Assembly (NCBI GenBank): GCA_040954595.2
Contig: CM082581.2
Location: forward strand, 4,580,699 to 4,644,698
Direction of reading: 5' to 3'
Origin: Balanoglossus misakiensis
Taxonomy: Eukaryota > Animalia > Hemichordata
DNA length: 64,000 nt
Shown: positions 1 through 13,212 of the stretch, piece by piece
Position numbering within the stretch: position 1 is the first letter of the stretch
Layout of the letters: every line of letters begins with the position of its first letter
Made by a program: the position numbers and the translations under genes
The notes under the pieces: generated by a model
Databases searched by the model: none
Seen by the model: only the letters and a program-made list of their open reading frames with translations
Told to the model about the DNA's origin: nothing

Positions 1-341
1 GTCAGTTCATGATACTGCTAGGGGAATTTCACCCCAAAAAATAAAATGTAAGTCGGAGCTGGAAGCACACACACGATGATGTGATATCCTGTCAGGGAAA
101 CGAAGACTGTCAGTGAGCAAGACATCCTCGTTAGTTTGACCAACGCTGGCAGCTTATTCGACGAGTGAAATATTTATTAGTAGTGGAGTATATTTTAATT
201 AAGATACGGCCAACAGTTACTTGATATTTGAAGTTGGTTGCTAATTGATTTATACCTCTCTTGTGTTACAAACGGTGTGGGGGGAACACAGCTGGAACGA
301 TTACAATAGGGGGTGAATAGGGAAAGAAAAGAAAAACTTAC

Positions 342-464
342 CTCTGTTCTCTGCTGTAGACGTTTGTTTAATTCGTATATTCTATAGTCGGGCTGGCTAA
401 CAAATGGTGTGTGTCTCCTGTAATAAAGAGCAGCAAAAGGACTGAAGTCAGCCGCGGCCATCAT
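342..464 (-). CDS. LDB: LDB proximal isoform first exon (5' extension of exon 417-342): MMAAADFSPFAALYYRRHTPF...
   Basis: The frame stays open upstream of the acceptor to tandem ATGs at 464/461 (atgATGG context). The peptide resembles the vertebrate LDB2 N-terminus (SPFGPFYRRHTP), recalled from memory. Confidence 0.6.
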
Positions 465-3400
465 GACAAGGGGCAAAGTCACTGCCACACGCACAAAACT
501 ACATTGTCACGCCACTGGGTGCAACTTGGCCGTCTGCAGTTGGACACACATTGGACAAGGTGAGAGCAGGCAGACTGTGGGCAATTCCTGGCAGAACCCT
601 ACATGTGTATGTTGCATTTTAAATGGTGTGCTAAATTTGGTCCAGCCTGCCTCCTGATTGGTCCGCGCCGATGTCTCTGCAATTCAAATGAGATGCGCTA
701 GCCGGGGCATTTACATCTAACTCAAAACTGGCTGTATTCATTTAACAAAGTATCACTGGCACACTTTCATTTTCCACATAAAACACAGCACAAAAAAAGA
801 GAGAGCATTTTTTCGTGCAGTGTCTTCGAACGGGAAGCAAAGTGTTTGTTTCCATGCGAATAATATCCTCGGGGGAACACAGAGGCCATTTTTTGTCACT
901 TCACCATCGCATTTTTTTTTGCCAGCCCAGATTAGTAGCAAACGCGCAGCACAATGTAACACAGATAATTATATTCAACACAATATCTTTGTCTCTGACG
1001 GGACAGAAGAAACCCCCTTACATTTGCTCATCGGTGGTGTTGTTACAGCTATTATACCAGCTAGCGCAAGTGATACTGTCATTTGCACTGGGACTAAAAC
1101 CTCCCTTTCGGTGGCCTCCTGTAGTACATGCAAAGCCTTCACAAACAATTACGGGTCAAGGGGCCCACCACCTCTCCCTACTCACACAATCCCAGGTCAG
1201 ACTAACTGAGATATTCAACTCCAACATGCCATCCATCCAATATTTCCAAATTCAACCACAAAATTTATGTGTCAATAAAGCTGCCACTCCAAGAAACAAG
1301 AATATCATATTTCATATTTGGTGAAATATTTTTTTATCTGTGCAGTGTACACAGCACAAAGTATTTTGAATATTGTATATAAAAAATCTTTGTTTCAAAT
1401 TTGGATATATCTGAAACAACACACACACATAGCCTTTCGTATTCATTTTGCTATTCTTTGCCGTTATATTTCTTAAGTGATTTCTTTATATGCCAATCAT
1501 TGTATTATTTTTTTGTAATCCTAAAAGGAATTCAATCAACAAATACATTCACTGGCTCATATTAACATGCACACACATGTGCATCATGAATTGTATTATT
1601 AGAGGGACCGCTATCATATTTTATACTTTTGTTTTTTCCCCCAGTCATTTTCACTTATCAATGACAGTTTCTTGTTCTACTCCCTGTATCATGATAAACT
1701 GCTCCCTATTCAGCAGATCAACAGTATACAAATTGATGTGTAATGACTGCAGTTGTTGACAAATTAAATCACGACTTTAGTTCAATGTTTACAAATATAA
1801 CAATGTATACTGAACAGGGTGAATCGGCCATTTCATCATCAAGATGCGGTCATAACAAAGAACTGATGATTCACCTAACATAAAATAATTAAAGATCGAT
1901 TATACATTGTAGCTACATGTACATGCACTGTTGATAGTATACAAAATCTGCAATTTTTTTTTAACTTTCTTGAAGTATCAAGCTTATAGTTTGTTATTCT
2001 TACAATTCTGCTCAACAATGCTTGATCTTTTGTTTATTTGTAGGTTTCATTCATACGATGTCTGCATGATATGTACTATTAGTCCACAATATCTGCATAC
2101 ATGTAGAGATGATTTCTACAACATGCTTTACAACAACTTTCACACTTCAACACTTGAAAGGTGAACAAGAACGCGACCACCACATATATTAGCTGTGCAG
2201 TATTATCAATCAATATATTAATTTGCAAGAATGACAGAAAGAATGACACTGGTACATCATGAGCCAGTGATTCTTGCACCGACTTTCACCTACAGTTCCA
2301 CGAGCGGTCATTAAAAGGAGTGTATACACAAATGTGGATGTGTGATTTGGCACGTTTCCAAGCTACACACTCACTGCGACCATATGAACGTCACTTTGGC
2401 ATTCTCTGTGGCTTTATCATACGAGGACAGTGCACCTCAATATAATATTTGAAATATGCCCCCGTGGAAGGCTCAGTCAAATCATGAAGATTTACCCAAT
2501 GTTTGTGCGCTCTCCTGCAGTTCTGAGACTACAATGGCATGACTCTTGTGTGTACAGTGTGTGCAGTTTCAAAACTGAGAACACAGTAGCATGCAGGGTA
2601 TACATAGACCATTAATTTATTCTAGCTGTGTTACAACTGAAACATTTATCAAATACCGACAACCTCACAAGAATGGTTATAAACACCTTGCAAATAACAA
2701 TACACACACACACGGCAAATGAATTATACCACGGTTCTTGTTATTACAAGATTACTAAAGTTATGGTGTGCATAATTCATATCACTAATTTGAAATACAA
2801 CCACTGCGCGTACAACGTTGCCTACAGCTATTCTCTCGTACGAATTGAGAATTCCAGATGGATGCCAGTTTGACGCTGTGCAAAATCATCACTTTTATTT
2901 TTTTAACAGACAGCAGCTGGAATCTTCGGCAATTTGTTCCAAATGTCAATTACAGTTATTTTATCTACTCCCTACTGCGAATGGGTAAGAACTGTTGCTA
3001 TTGTCAATAGATGAATTATGTCCAAACTAATACAAACATCTCCGTTTTCAATATCGCAATGCTGACTGTACACACATGGGTTGAGTTGATAAGGTTTATT
3101 GGTGTCGAACAAGAAACTGCAGTTCATGCACTAAAAAGATACTGAAAAGTGAAATAAATATAAGCTTACATTGTGAAACTTAATTTCAACAAACCCTCTC
3201 ACGCTCTAAACAGTAAGATTACTTGAGTCAAAAATTGCAAAAAAAGGCGACCTAACAAATCAGCTCAATACAAATGCATACATGTGCAGACTGCCTGTTG
3301 GCCACTAAAGATCAAACTGCAAAACAGCAATCTGCCAGAAAGCAAAGTTAATTGCACACTGTTCCTGTGACTTTGAGAGAAAACAATGGCCATGTGAAAA

Positions 3401-6400
3401 TTCAAACCTAAGCAACACCGCAAGTTGTCACCCCAGAATGTTCACATGAATTAGAGTAACCAATAAACTTTATAAATTCGCCTTGTACTGTTCTTGTGCC
3501 AACACCATTTGAATACCATATCATCAAAACTACCAGGGTACACACATCCTGTACATGATGTAGAAGTTCAATATAAGAATTGCCTGTTCTGGAAGAAATG
3601 TGCGCATAAGGACAATCATACTGTGAGAAATCAGTTTCTGGTACATGTCATAATGGCCAGATGCAATACAATGATAGACTGAACATTGACAAGCATTCTG
3701 GCAAACAAGACAGGGAACAAGATCAATATCTCCCCAATTCAGGCATTCATCTTGCTATGAGCTACAACTAACTTCCAAGATAAATGAATCATTGCAAAAG
3801 ACAATAAATTTCTCGATGCAACATCATGGCAAGAAATGTTCAAGCAGTTTTTGAGATTGCTTAAAGTATATTTTAACAAAGCTGTCACCTAGCAACAATC
3901 CTTATGTACACATCTTCTACCCCCTCCCCTCTACAGTCTTACACTTTTCATGCCCTCTTCTCACTCGAAGTTAGTCTTTTCTGATGTTACAAGGTAGATA
4001 GATTAAAATCAACGCTAGTGAAAATTTACACTGATATGCATTGAAACAAGCAAGTGAGACTGTGACCCCCAGCTAACTGCAAGTTCTATTAAGACATTAT
4101 ATCCTAGATTAAAAGCCCTGAATGTACATTTCCCACATACGACACACAGTGGATTATTGCGATATCCAGAGCATCTTCCGAATATTTAAGTGTCACAGAA
4201 ATATATTATGCCCAGTAATAAAAAGTCAGCCGAAAATCTATCCTCGCTTTTCTTGGCTCTTGCAAAAAAGCTAGAGCCAAGTAAAGCCAGGATAGATTCT
4301 GGACTAGAGCAAAGTATGCATGTATTCCATTTTGGATCCAGGTCAACTTTCTAGTATGTACATGTACTTGTTAAAATATTGATTCATGCCCCATGAAATG
4401 CCAAAAATGAGTCATGGAGGTTCAAAACATGTCTGGATGGACCCAAACTGCTTATAATGAGGTTTCTAATAAAACATTCTTAAATCCTTCTTATTATTAA
4501 AGAAAGATGTCAAATGCGTCACGCATAACTGTTGTTATAAACTGTTGTTGTGTTTTGATTTAAAATGTCTGAAAATTCCCAGTTGTGGCCGGTTACTTAA
4601 AAAGAAAAAAAAATAGCCGCACAGGCAACAGACTGACATCTTATCATTCATATGCAAACTAAGCAGAAGGTAGTTAATATTCAGGCTGCAACCGCAGTAT
4701 ACATACTGACCAATGCTTCTCTGTTTTGCAGAGAAGGGTCGGTCAAACATCCAATTATGGGAAATGATGTTTTGAAGGTGCGATTGAAATATCACCAAAT
4801 ATCTTGTAAAATTAATCCAGATAGTTTTTCACAAGAACAGACTTGGCTTCTGTCTGAAAACAAAAAAATATCTTTGCCATAATATTGATGATCTTAATTA
4901 ATCTCTACAATTACCCGTATACATGTAATACTGATTGATCTAATGGTTTTTCAAAAACTTCAAAATATCGTAACTTATGAGCAATAAGATTTTAAGTTTA
5001 GAAATTCTATCATACATGACTATCATTAGAAGGAAACGACCTATGAAAACAAATTGAAAATCGATCAGGAACTTGTGAATTCAGAGACATGTTGGTCTAT
5101 ATTTTAAAAGCAATTCTCAACAAAAATGTAACTTTTCATTAAGATAAAACAGAAGAGATTCCATATGCCCTAAATTTGACTAAATTCAGACACGATTCTA
5201 CATTAGAGAAAAAAAGGGATTATTTAGGGAGCTCAAAATGCCAATCAAAAGAAAGCATCCCCAACTTGATGTAAATTTACCTTTGGCCTTTGAACAAAAA
5301 GCAGTAAGTTAATATAAATGACTGGTTGCTATAGCTACCCTCATTTAAATGCTCACTGCTATTGTAGAATGAGTCCAAGGTGTACAAGTTCAGAATCATA
5401 CAATTTATTATGGAAGAAACATTTGCAATATCAGTTAATTCGGTGACAAACATTTGAAAAATTGAAGAGTGTAGTATACATGTGCAGTACATGTAGATTA
5501 TGCAGTTAGATATGAAGATATGTGCAGTTCTATTTCTGACATCTTCCAATTGCTATCTCTAAACACAAAATATGTGTGTTGAGGAGAAACAAAAAAATAT
5601 TAATTAACATATCTTTGAAATAATTAACAGTATCTTACTTTTGATTTTAAATTACAAGTTTCCTAAAGAAATGAAAGGTATGAATTGACTAATTCGCATG
5701 CGAAAGGCCATATTGCAAGAATTTTAGGATGGTTTATGCGAAAATGCTCCAGTCCGACTTTTGCAAGAAAGAGAATTTGTATTCTATGCACAAATTTGAA
5801 TATTCTTTTCCAGAAAGTCCTTGGTAAAATACTTGTCATTGACGTTAAAAAAGAGACTGATTTGAGCAAAACAAATCGTCTTCACTGATAAAGCTCCATG
5901 TCATGTTTCTAATGTGATATATTACATGCACAGTCTCAGATAAGGGAAATATCTTGTACAATGCCATAAACTCCCAGCATGCATATGGGAGACAAGACTG
6001 CCACAAAATGCATATCTGATGTCAGTGATGATACAATCAATAAGACACTGGAAGACAATGTTTTTTTTTCTTTTTCTTATCTCCACTCTGTACCAGCCTT
6101 AGAGTAAAGTATGATATCATTGTCATTTCAGATATTATCTGTGCCTAATATTTTAGCAATGGTTGATCTATTTCACTGATCAGGCTGAGAAACTAAAAAG
6201 GTAAAACATTTTTTATTGAATATAGAGTAATTCACTAGTGGCACACATTGGTACAGGATACAAATTTATATATGATCTTCCATCTTACACAGTAACAGAT
6301 CCTGAATACATATATCCATAAATTAATTGAGGACATGATATGATCATTATTGAAGACATAAACAATATGCTTGAAAATATAATTTCTTCTAACCATTTTC

Positions 6401-8197
6401 CAACTTTCATCCAAAACATCTAATTCCCTGTGGATCCATACGTACAGTACTGTATAAGGTTATTTGATGCGCCAGACAATACCGAAGCGAATGATGCATT
6501 TGCACTTGGCCGGTATTTACTGATAAACATTACTGCTATACAATTTCCTCACATATGTTGTCCATTTCACCATAGCTACATCACATGGAATATGACTGCT
6601 CTATTTTCTGTGAAATTTCTGTGTGTTTTTTGGACGTACTGGCCACACCTTTACTGGACAGTGAGGGCGCCCAGGGCTGCAAAGGGTTAACGAAGGTGGA
6701 GTGCAGACTACACTACATGTACAAGCTTTTCCAGGAAAGGGATGTAGAACATTCGGATTATTTAAAGAACAGACAAGATATCATACTTGGCGTGACACAC
6801 AGGTACCATAATGTTTTAATATCACAATGAAACAACACTATATCAATATATGTTTTAATATCACAATGAAACAACACTATAACGATATCATGGCGCAATA
6901 ATGGGGCTAAGCAGATCCCTTGTTCAACTGGACAAAGTCAAAGTGACATCCATGAATTTAGAATGATGCAAGTGTGATCTGGTAAACTAATCACAGCGTC
7001 TCATTTGATTACTTACATTTTGGGTTCATAACTCTTCAGATGTTCATGATTGTACATCGCGCTGGAAAATGAAAAGGCATGGAAAAGAAACAGAGACTGA
7101 GAGACAAATTTGGACTTGACTGACAACGAAAATCATGGCGAAAAAAAAACACTGCAGCTTGCGAGTTGGACCTAATTTTCCGTGCATTTAAACTAAAGCA
7201 CTGCCCTCTATACTAAAGCGCTGCAGCAAAGCAACTACATGAAAAGTGTAGGCAAATTCAACACACAGGCACAGTACACCACAGTAGTTCTGATTTTGAC
7301 CTCATACTTCAGCAGTAATACATGTTGCATTCAAATCTAATTTTACAATGTATGTGTTTTTATTATGTGTTCAGTCTGCAATTATCATGACTATTGCAAA
7401 ACTGATGAGCCTCCACCAAACAGTGAGAGTTGGGCAGAAAATCAGCAACACAGAGATACATGTAGTACAGACTCAACCTCATATTTCTACTGTGGACATG
7501 CACTGAAGCAAACGGCAACATAATGTCATCAACACACATGGCTCGGAGAACCTGCACGTACTACAGTTAATGCACATAACTAGGCAGCCAATAGCAGTGC
7601 ATGTATGTAAGCAACTCACTATTATGCACCATTCATTACAGCGATAGCCAATCACAGAGCATGTTACGCAGTGTACCGCTCATTTTAATGAGAGCCAATC
7701 ACAGAGCATGTATGTTACCATTATCTACTTGTAATTCATGACAATGTCCAAGCTCACAGCAATGACACTGACACAGTGAATGTGCAGTCGTTTCAACCAA
7801 GATCCAACTTCTCCCTACCCACCCTATTGTGAATTCTGTTTGGTGATATGAAACTATGCAAGTGAGCGAAAGCTGAATGTATATGTAGTTAGATGTGGTT
7901 TCAAAAAAGTGAGTTAACTATTATCACAGGTAATCCTAAAGCAGTATAAGCAGAAAGAGGCAAAAGCAGCAGAAAAAAAAAATAAAAGCAAATACACAGA
8001 TGAAACAAAATATTATTATTAACCCTTTCACTCCCACTTCCTCGTGTACATGTCCAACACTGCCATTGAAAACAATGGAATTGGACCGAACCATGGTGGT
8101 GAAAGGGTTAAAGACTCAGAGTTGTCACTTACCCTGGTGGTCCCCCTGGATCCCTGTGGTCCATACCCACAGGGCTAGGCATGGGATGTACTGGCAT
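342..8197 (-). CDS. LDB: LIM domain-binding protein (LDB1/LDB2/Chip family), 5' coding exons of the distal isoform: 8197-8133 and 417-342; gene continues left of the window
   Basis: Exon 417-342 (cag|G...GAG|gtaagt) encodes RHTPFVSQPDYRIYELNKRLQQRTE, the conserved start of the LDB dimerisation domain. Exon 8197-8133 (MPVHPMPSPVGMDHRDPGGPP, GG|gtaagt, phase 2) joins in frame to give PGGPPGRHTP. An in-frame TGA lies upstream of the ATG. Confidence 0.88.
650..720 (-). promoter_or_regulatory. Candidate proximal LDB promoter
   Basis: CCAAT box (attgg at 657-661), local CpG enrichment and an octamer-like atttacat about 200-250 bp upstream of ATG 464. Confidence 0.35.
4223..4307. mobile_element. 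Short hairpin (MITE-like) element
   Basis: Imperfect inverted repeat aatctatcctcgcttttcttggctcttgc-aaaaaa-gctagagccaagtaaagccaggatagatt. Confidence 0.55.
6810..6880. repeat. Local tandem duplication (~40-bp period)
   Basis: atgttttaatatcacaatgaaacaacactat occurs twice in succession. Confidence 0.8.
8019..8111. mobile_element. ~85-bp piggyBac-type MITE, copy 1
   Basis: TTAA|CCCTTTCAC...GTGAAAGGG|TTAA. Internal sequence is shared with copies at 23403, 28125 and 38860. Confidence 0.75.
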
Positions 8198-11100
8198 GTT
8201 GTTGAATGGGAAGTGTAGTCTTTCCCCAGGCCCGTCCAGCTCGCCTGATTGCCTTCACAAACACTTGGTTAGATATATATGTAAAGACAGTTCCAATGCT
8301 TCCTTCTTCTCTCAACACTAATGGTGACGCCGCAGCAAACCCAATCCACTGTTCTTCCCCACAGATTTCTGGTGTCTTTATTCAGTGGATCCTACAAAAA
8401 AGCATTGGGAGAAAAACATTGCATCTGATCAATATTCTTATTCAGAGGATGGAACTTAGAAAAATAAAGAAAAAAAGATTGATCTTGTAAACTTATGGGC
8501 GAATCCAGGGTCTTGCTAGTTTGAAATGAAAATGAAATTTAATCACTGATAAAAAGTCAGAAATGATGGATTCTTGGTCAAACACTTTTTGTCAATTACA
8601 ACAGATTATATTTCAAGTGCATGTGCAAGTACAGTGTATACAGCAAGTCTTCTCTGATAATCGATTGTGTCTACAGTAATCATTACAAGTTGAAGTTCAG
8701 CATGCCATAACAGTACATGTAAAAATGGCAATCAATTCCATGAAGTATAGAGTGGGGTTTTTAATCATTAATACTGTAGCGTGTCATTATTGAACATCAT
8801 CATCATCATCATCATGTCATTTTCAACAGGAATTCAATCCTTCCAAGATGGGATGACAATTTACAGGAAACATAATTGTCCATTTCCCTTTGGGCATACA
8901 AATTATTCAAATTTACTAGTGGTTATAATACCTAAGTAACCATGGTAATCAAATCTCCATGGCGACAGTTCTGAATGGTGTTTTTGGTGAGTATGTTGAC
9001 ATGCTACGGTACATGTAACTGCAATACAAATCTCTCTACAGTAACTGTAATATGTAACTGTACCTCTATTGGTAACACCTTTTCATTATGTATTACAGGT
9101 GTCTGAAGGGATATTTTTGATAGAAAAACCATCTCACTTATAGCGTATTAATTTAGAGAATCAAGAAATGCTTAACATCTTACATATTTGAACACACTGG
9201 TCAAATAACAAACTCATATTATTCTCAATGCATTGTTTTCAGAGTTTATTGTCTTAACGTCACCCATCACACCCAGCTGTTCTATTGAATAGCGCCACCA
9301 TGTGGCAGACCAATGAAATACAAATAAAACAATTTTATGTGCGCACAAGGTTAGTGATTTTTAACAATAACATGAATACTTGGCTGCATCTGAAACAAAT
9401 GTCTTTGCAGGTTTGCTGATAGAAACAATATGACTGCCTGTCAACAATCTGAAGTCTCCTTGGTTGCTTCATTATATTTCAAAAGTTAGCTTTAACTACA
9501 CATTGTACCTCCCATAACTCTATCCATGGATAACAATTCCCAAACTCATTAACAGTAAATTTTACTACTATCAACCCATACAGATGATGACATAAATCAT
9601 AAATTTATTTAATTCAATACAGCTGTCACCACTGCTTTGTACAAAACTGGTACTCCTTCACTAATGACCTAACAAAGTACTGCACTTCAAAACTGTGTAC
9701 AAGTCAACATTTATAAGATTTAATTTGATACATGTATATTTTGCTTCAGGTTTCTATTTCGATTGTTACGTTACAAATGTCAAAACATGCACTGATACAT
9801 GGCACATGCACTGTGATAGTGATATGTTTGCAATGTGGCACTGATGACAGGTACCTGGAACACTACCGGTAAGTTTCTTATTTCATTGTCAAAACACACT
9901 TCAATTATTGCAAAAATGTTAAACTGTTATTGCTCTGTAAAGTTATCAATGAAACCACTGACATGCTTTTCATTCATTGTAACCTTAAACCTGCAAGCAC
10001 ACCGTAGCATATCAATCATCTCCCTAGTTACACTACAAAAGACACACAGTGAAATAAAATTCCAGTGTACCTACAGAAGAATAGGCTAATGGTTCAATGT
10101 ACATGTACCACCCACTAACCACAACTAACGACCAATCACTATAATATACACCCTTACATGTAGCTTTTAATAAAGGTGCCCAAGAATCATGAGGGGTGGG
10201 GGAGGGGGGGCGGGGGGGGGGGGGGGGGGGGTGCTTACCCCCTCTTGACATGTTGGCACCCCCCAGCAATTTGTCACGCACAGGTTGGAGACATTACATA
10301 TACATTCCCTTTGCAAGAGTGTAAGCCGCCGCCCCCCCCCCCCCCCCCCCTCCTTAAATTTTCTGGTAATGGGGGACATATCCCCTTGTTGATGTCCAAT
10401 TGAACAATGAATCTAAGTTAAAAATCAAATCATAAAAGTACATGTAAGTGGCAGCTCGCAGAGCTTTATTAAATTTCTTGAGAACTAGGAGAAGTTTAAT
10501 TACATTTCTTGAGAACTAGGATAAGAAACTATCCCATCCTAAGCCTATGCCAGGACACAATAAAGTGCTTCATCTAAATTTAGAAATGTTCTATTTTACT
10601 CTAAGGTTGCTAGGTTGGGGAAATTGTTTCAAGGTCTGATCAGGAGAATGACACATCATAAAATAATTTAAACCAACTGTAAACAAATTAATTGAATATA
10701 GACATATGTGAAATGTACATGTTAATCCTGCAAAGAATCAGGCATGATTTGAACTTTAAATTTACAAAACATGACAAGTGATATGACTCAGTGCATAGGC
10801 TCAGCTGCTTTAAGTATCTGTATATGGACTGAGTAGCACACTTAAATGCTACTTGTCTTAATACTGCAGAAGATCCACCCTTTGAAGATTGATGATTTGA
10901 TTCATGAACAGGCTGAGTACACAGCTGTAAATGTAGTTACAACTACATTTACCAAGTCCTTAATATGTGTATCATCTGGACTCATCCATGTGTGGCCAAA
11001 CACACTTCATCTAGATCTCTTCTGGTTTGATGTTCAAGCTATTAGTCTCACCACAGCCAGTGGCAAGCCCATGAAATATGTGCACATTGAAAATGCTGCA

Positions 11101-12789
11101 ATTTACTTTGAAAAAGTTACTGCCTTGTGTGGAAATGCAATTTGTGAGGGAGTGTGTAATTGTTCTTTGGCGCAACTTTATCAACTCCCTGGCTATTAAA
11201 AAGTATTATACTGGAATAGCTATATTTGACAGTGTATGTGTACATATTATCAAGTATCCATGTATTTCTTTTCCTGAAGGACTTCGCCTTTTCATTTACA
11301 CATGTAGCTGCCCTTACAATTATGTTTCTTGTTTAAAATATCATACAAATTCTACAAAAGGAATCCATCAAGTGGACAGACATTTCAATTCAAGCTCTTA
11401 TTTTTAGAAACAGTTTCAGTTTTTTATGATCAGATCAGAAGCTACATATATATACCTGTTGACTGTTTTTAAGGTTTATTTTTGTTAGTGAGGCAGCTCC
11501 TGGTACAATGTACATGTACATAATAGTAATATATCCACCCATGTCCTCAATTGAAGGCCAGAAATATCTGGTACATGTATTTGGACAGCTCCAACTACAG
11601 ATCTATCAGATTGAGAATATCATTTTTGCATCGAAGAGACAGCATCCAAGTGACGACACACAGCGACTAAACAATATTTCCGTCATTTTCAAATGCAACC
11701 CCAACCCAATTACAAATCGGTCAAATATTCAGTCCTATTTAAATGTGACCGACTCTTAATGATATAATGATTCTTGGTGCATCATGAAAGTCATCAGGCC
11801 ATTACTAGAAACTCCTGTATAGGACTGCATGAGTCACTTCATCATCAATGTTAATGACTCTATACAGTCGCAAATGATCAAGTGTAAATCATTAAAAATC
11901 ATTACAGTACACACGATCAATCACGGGTGTACGATACATGTACAAATGTGTCTTTTTGTGGGATTTGTAACTTACTTTACATCAATGTGAAAATATGACA
12001 ATACAATTTACATCATTATTTACAACATGATAATTGATATTGAACAAGTACAAAATGTCATGTAAAAGCTAAAATTACTGAACAGCTTCCTATTACAGCT
12101 GACAGTGTGACAAGTCTATGATGCAGGGGAGATACTAGTGTACAATTTGTTTGTCAGTTGTGAAATGCAGACAATACAGTCACACGGCACCACGTGGCCA
12201 TATCATGTCCACACATACTTGGATTTTTGAAATGCTTTATTCATGAACCATGACCTCAACAATTTCCCTCAGCGTAGAAACTTTCCTCTCACACCGACAA
12301 CAGCTAGCTTTCAAAAAGTAGATTGGGTCAGTATTCTGCAAATTGGTACCCTACTGTAGTTTACCACATTATACTGTATTACATGTAGTATGCTGCCTTA
12401 CCATACATGTAGAATCGATTCAACTTGACTGGATGACTGCTTGTCTTTGAAATTTACGTGTTTAATTAAACCTGCTTCACAAGGAGAACTGGCAATGCTT
12501 ATCCGAATGCATTTCTTCCCCTGTCAAAACAGTATCAAAATTTTAACTTTGGTGTTCCCAGTAGAATACTTAGTGTTATATCAACATTTCCATTTCTGAC
12601 GTTTACTTGTATTTATTTCTGAGGGTGGTACTATTTACACAAGGTGGGGTACAGATATTTGATAACAAAGAGTTCTACAAGACCATGCATACACAAACAT
12701 GTACATAAGGTAAAATGACATTTCAGGGTTTCAAATTCAATTGCACACATGCACCAATATATTTTGTAATAGGCACACATGTATTCATT

Positions 12790-13212
12790 TTAAGGTAGTG
12801 TATGCCTCGGGGACAGATTTAAGCAAAATGATAATCCTCCAAATCTTTCAATTATTTGCTATATTTAAATGTGTGTATTGTTTTTTTAAACACAAAAACA
12901 GTGAAGAAAACAGGGTGTTCATGGTCTTGTTTTTTTGTGTGTGGCCATTTTGAATTTCAGACTGTTTGGCTTTCTGATTTAGGTGTCCTCCCCGGGAAAT
13001 TCTCATTGAGTAACGGCTAATTTGCATAACACTATTAAGAATTGTTATGTTAATTATATTCTATTGTCTTCTCAAAATTAAAGAGTAGTGGCCACTATGC
13101 TTCAATTGCTCTGGGGAGAACACTTGACTTTATTGCAAGGTGACCCCTAATTTTTATTCCCAAGCTGTCTTTTTAGCAAAATATAAGATTTTCAAGGCGC
13201 ATACTAACTTAA
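12790..13212. mobile_element. TTAA-flanked non-autonomous DNA transposon (Kolobok-like termini)
   Basis: ttaaggtagtgtatgcctcg at the left end and caaggcgcatactaacttaa at the right form an imperfect TIR pair. Confidence 0.55.

Noticed and set aside
815-1324. Overlapping 169-aa and 129-aa plus-strand ORFs
   Set aside because: No recognisable motifs or splice partners; they lie antisense within an LDB intron or promoter region.
10167-10403. Poly-Gly/poly-Pro ORFs
   Set aside because: Produced by G- and C-homopolymer runs, probably within a decayed repeat.
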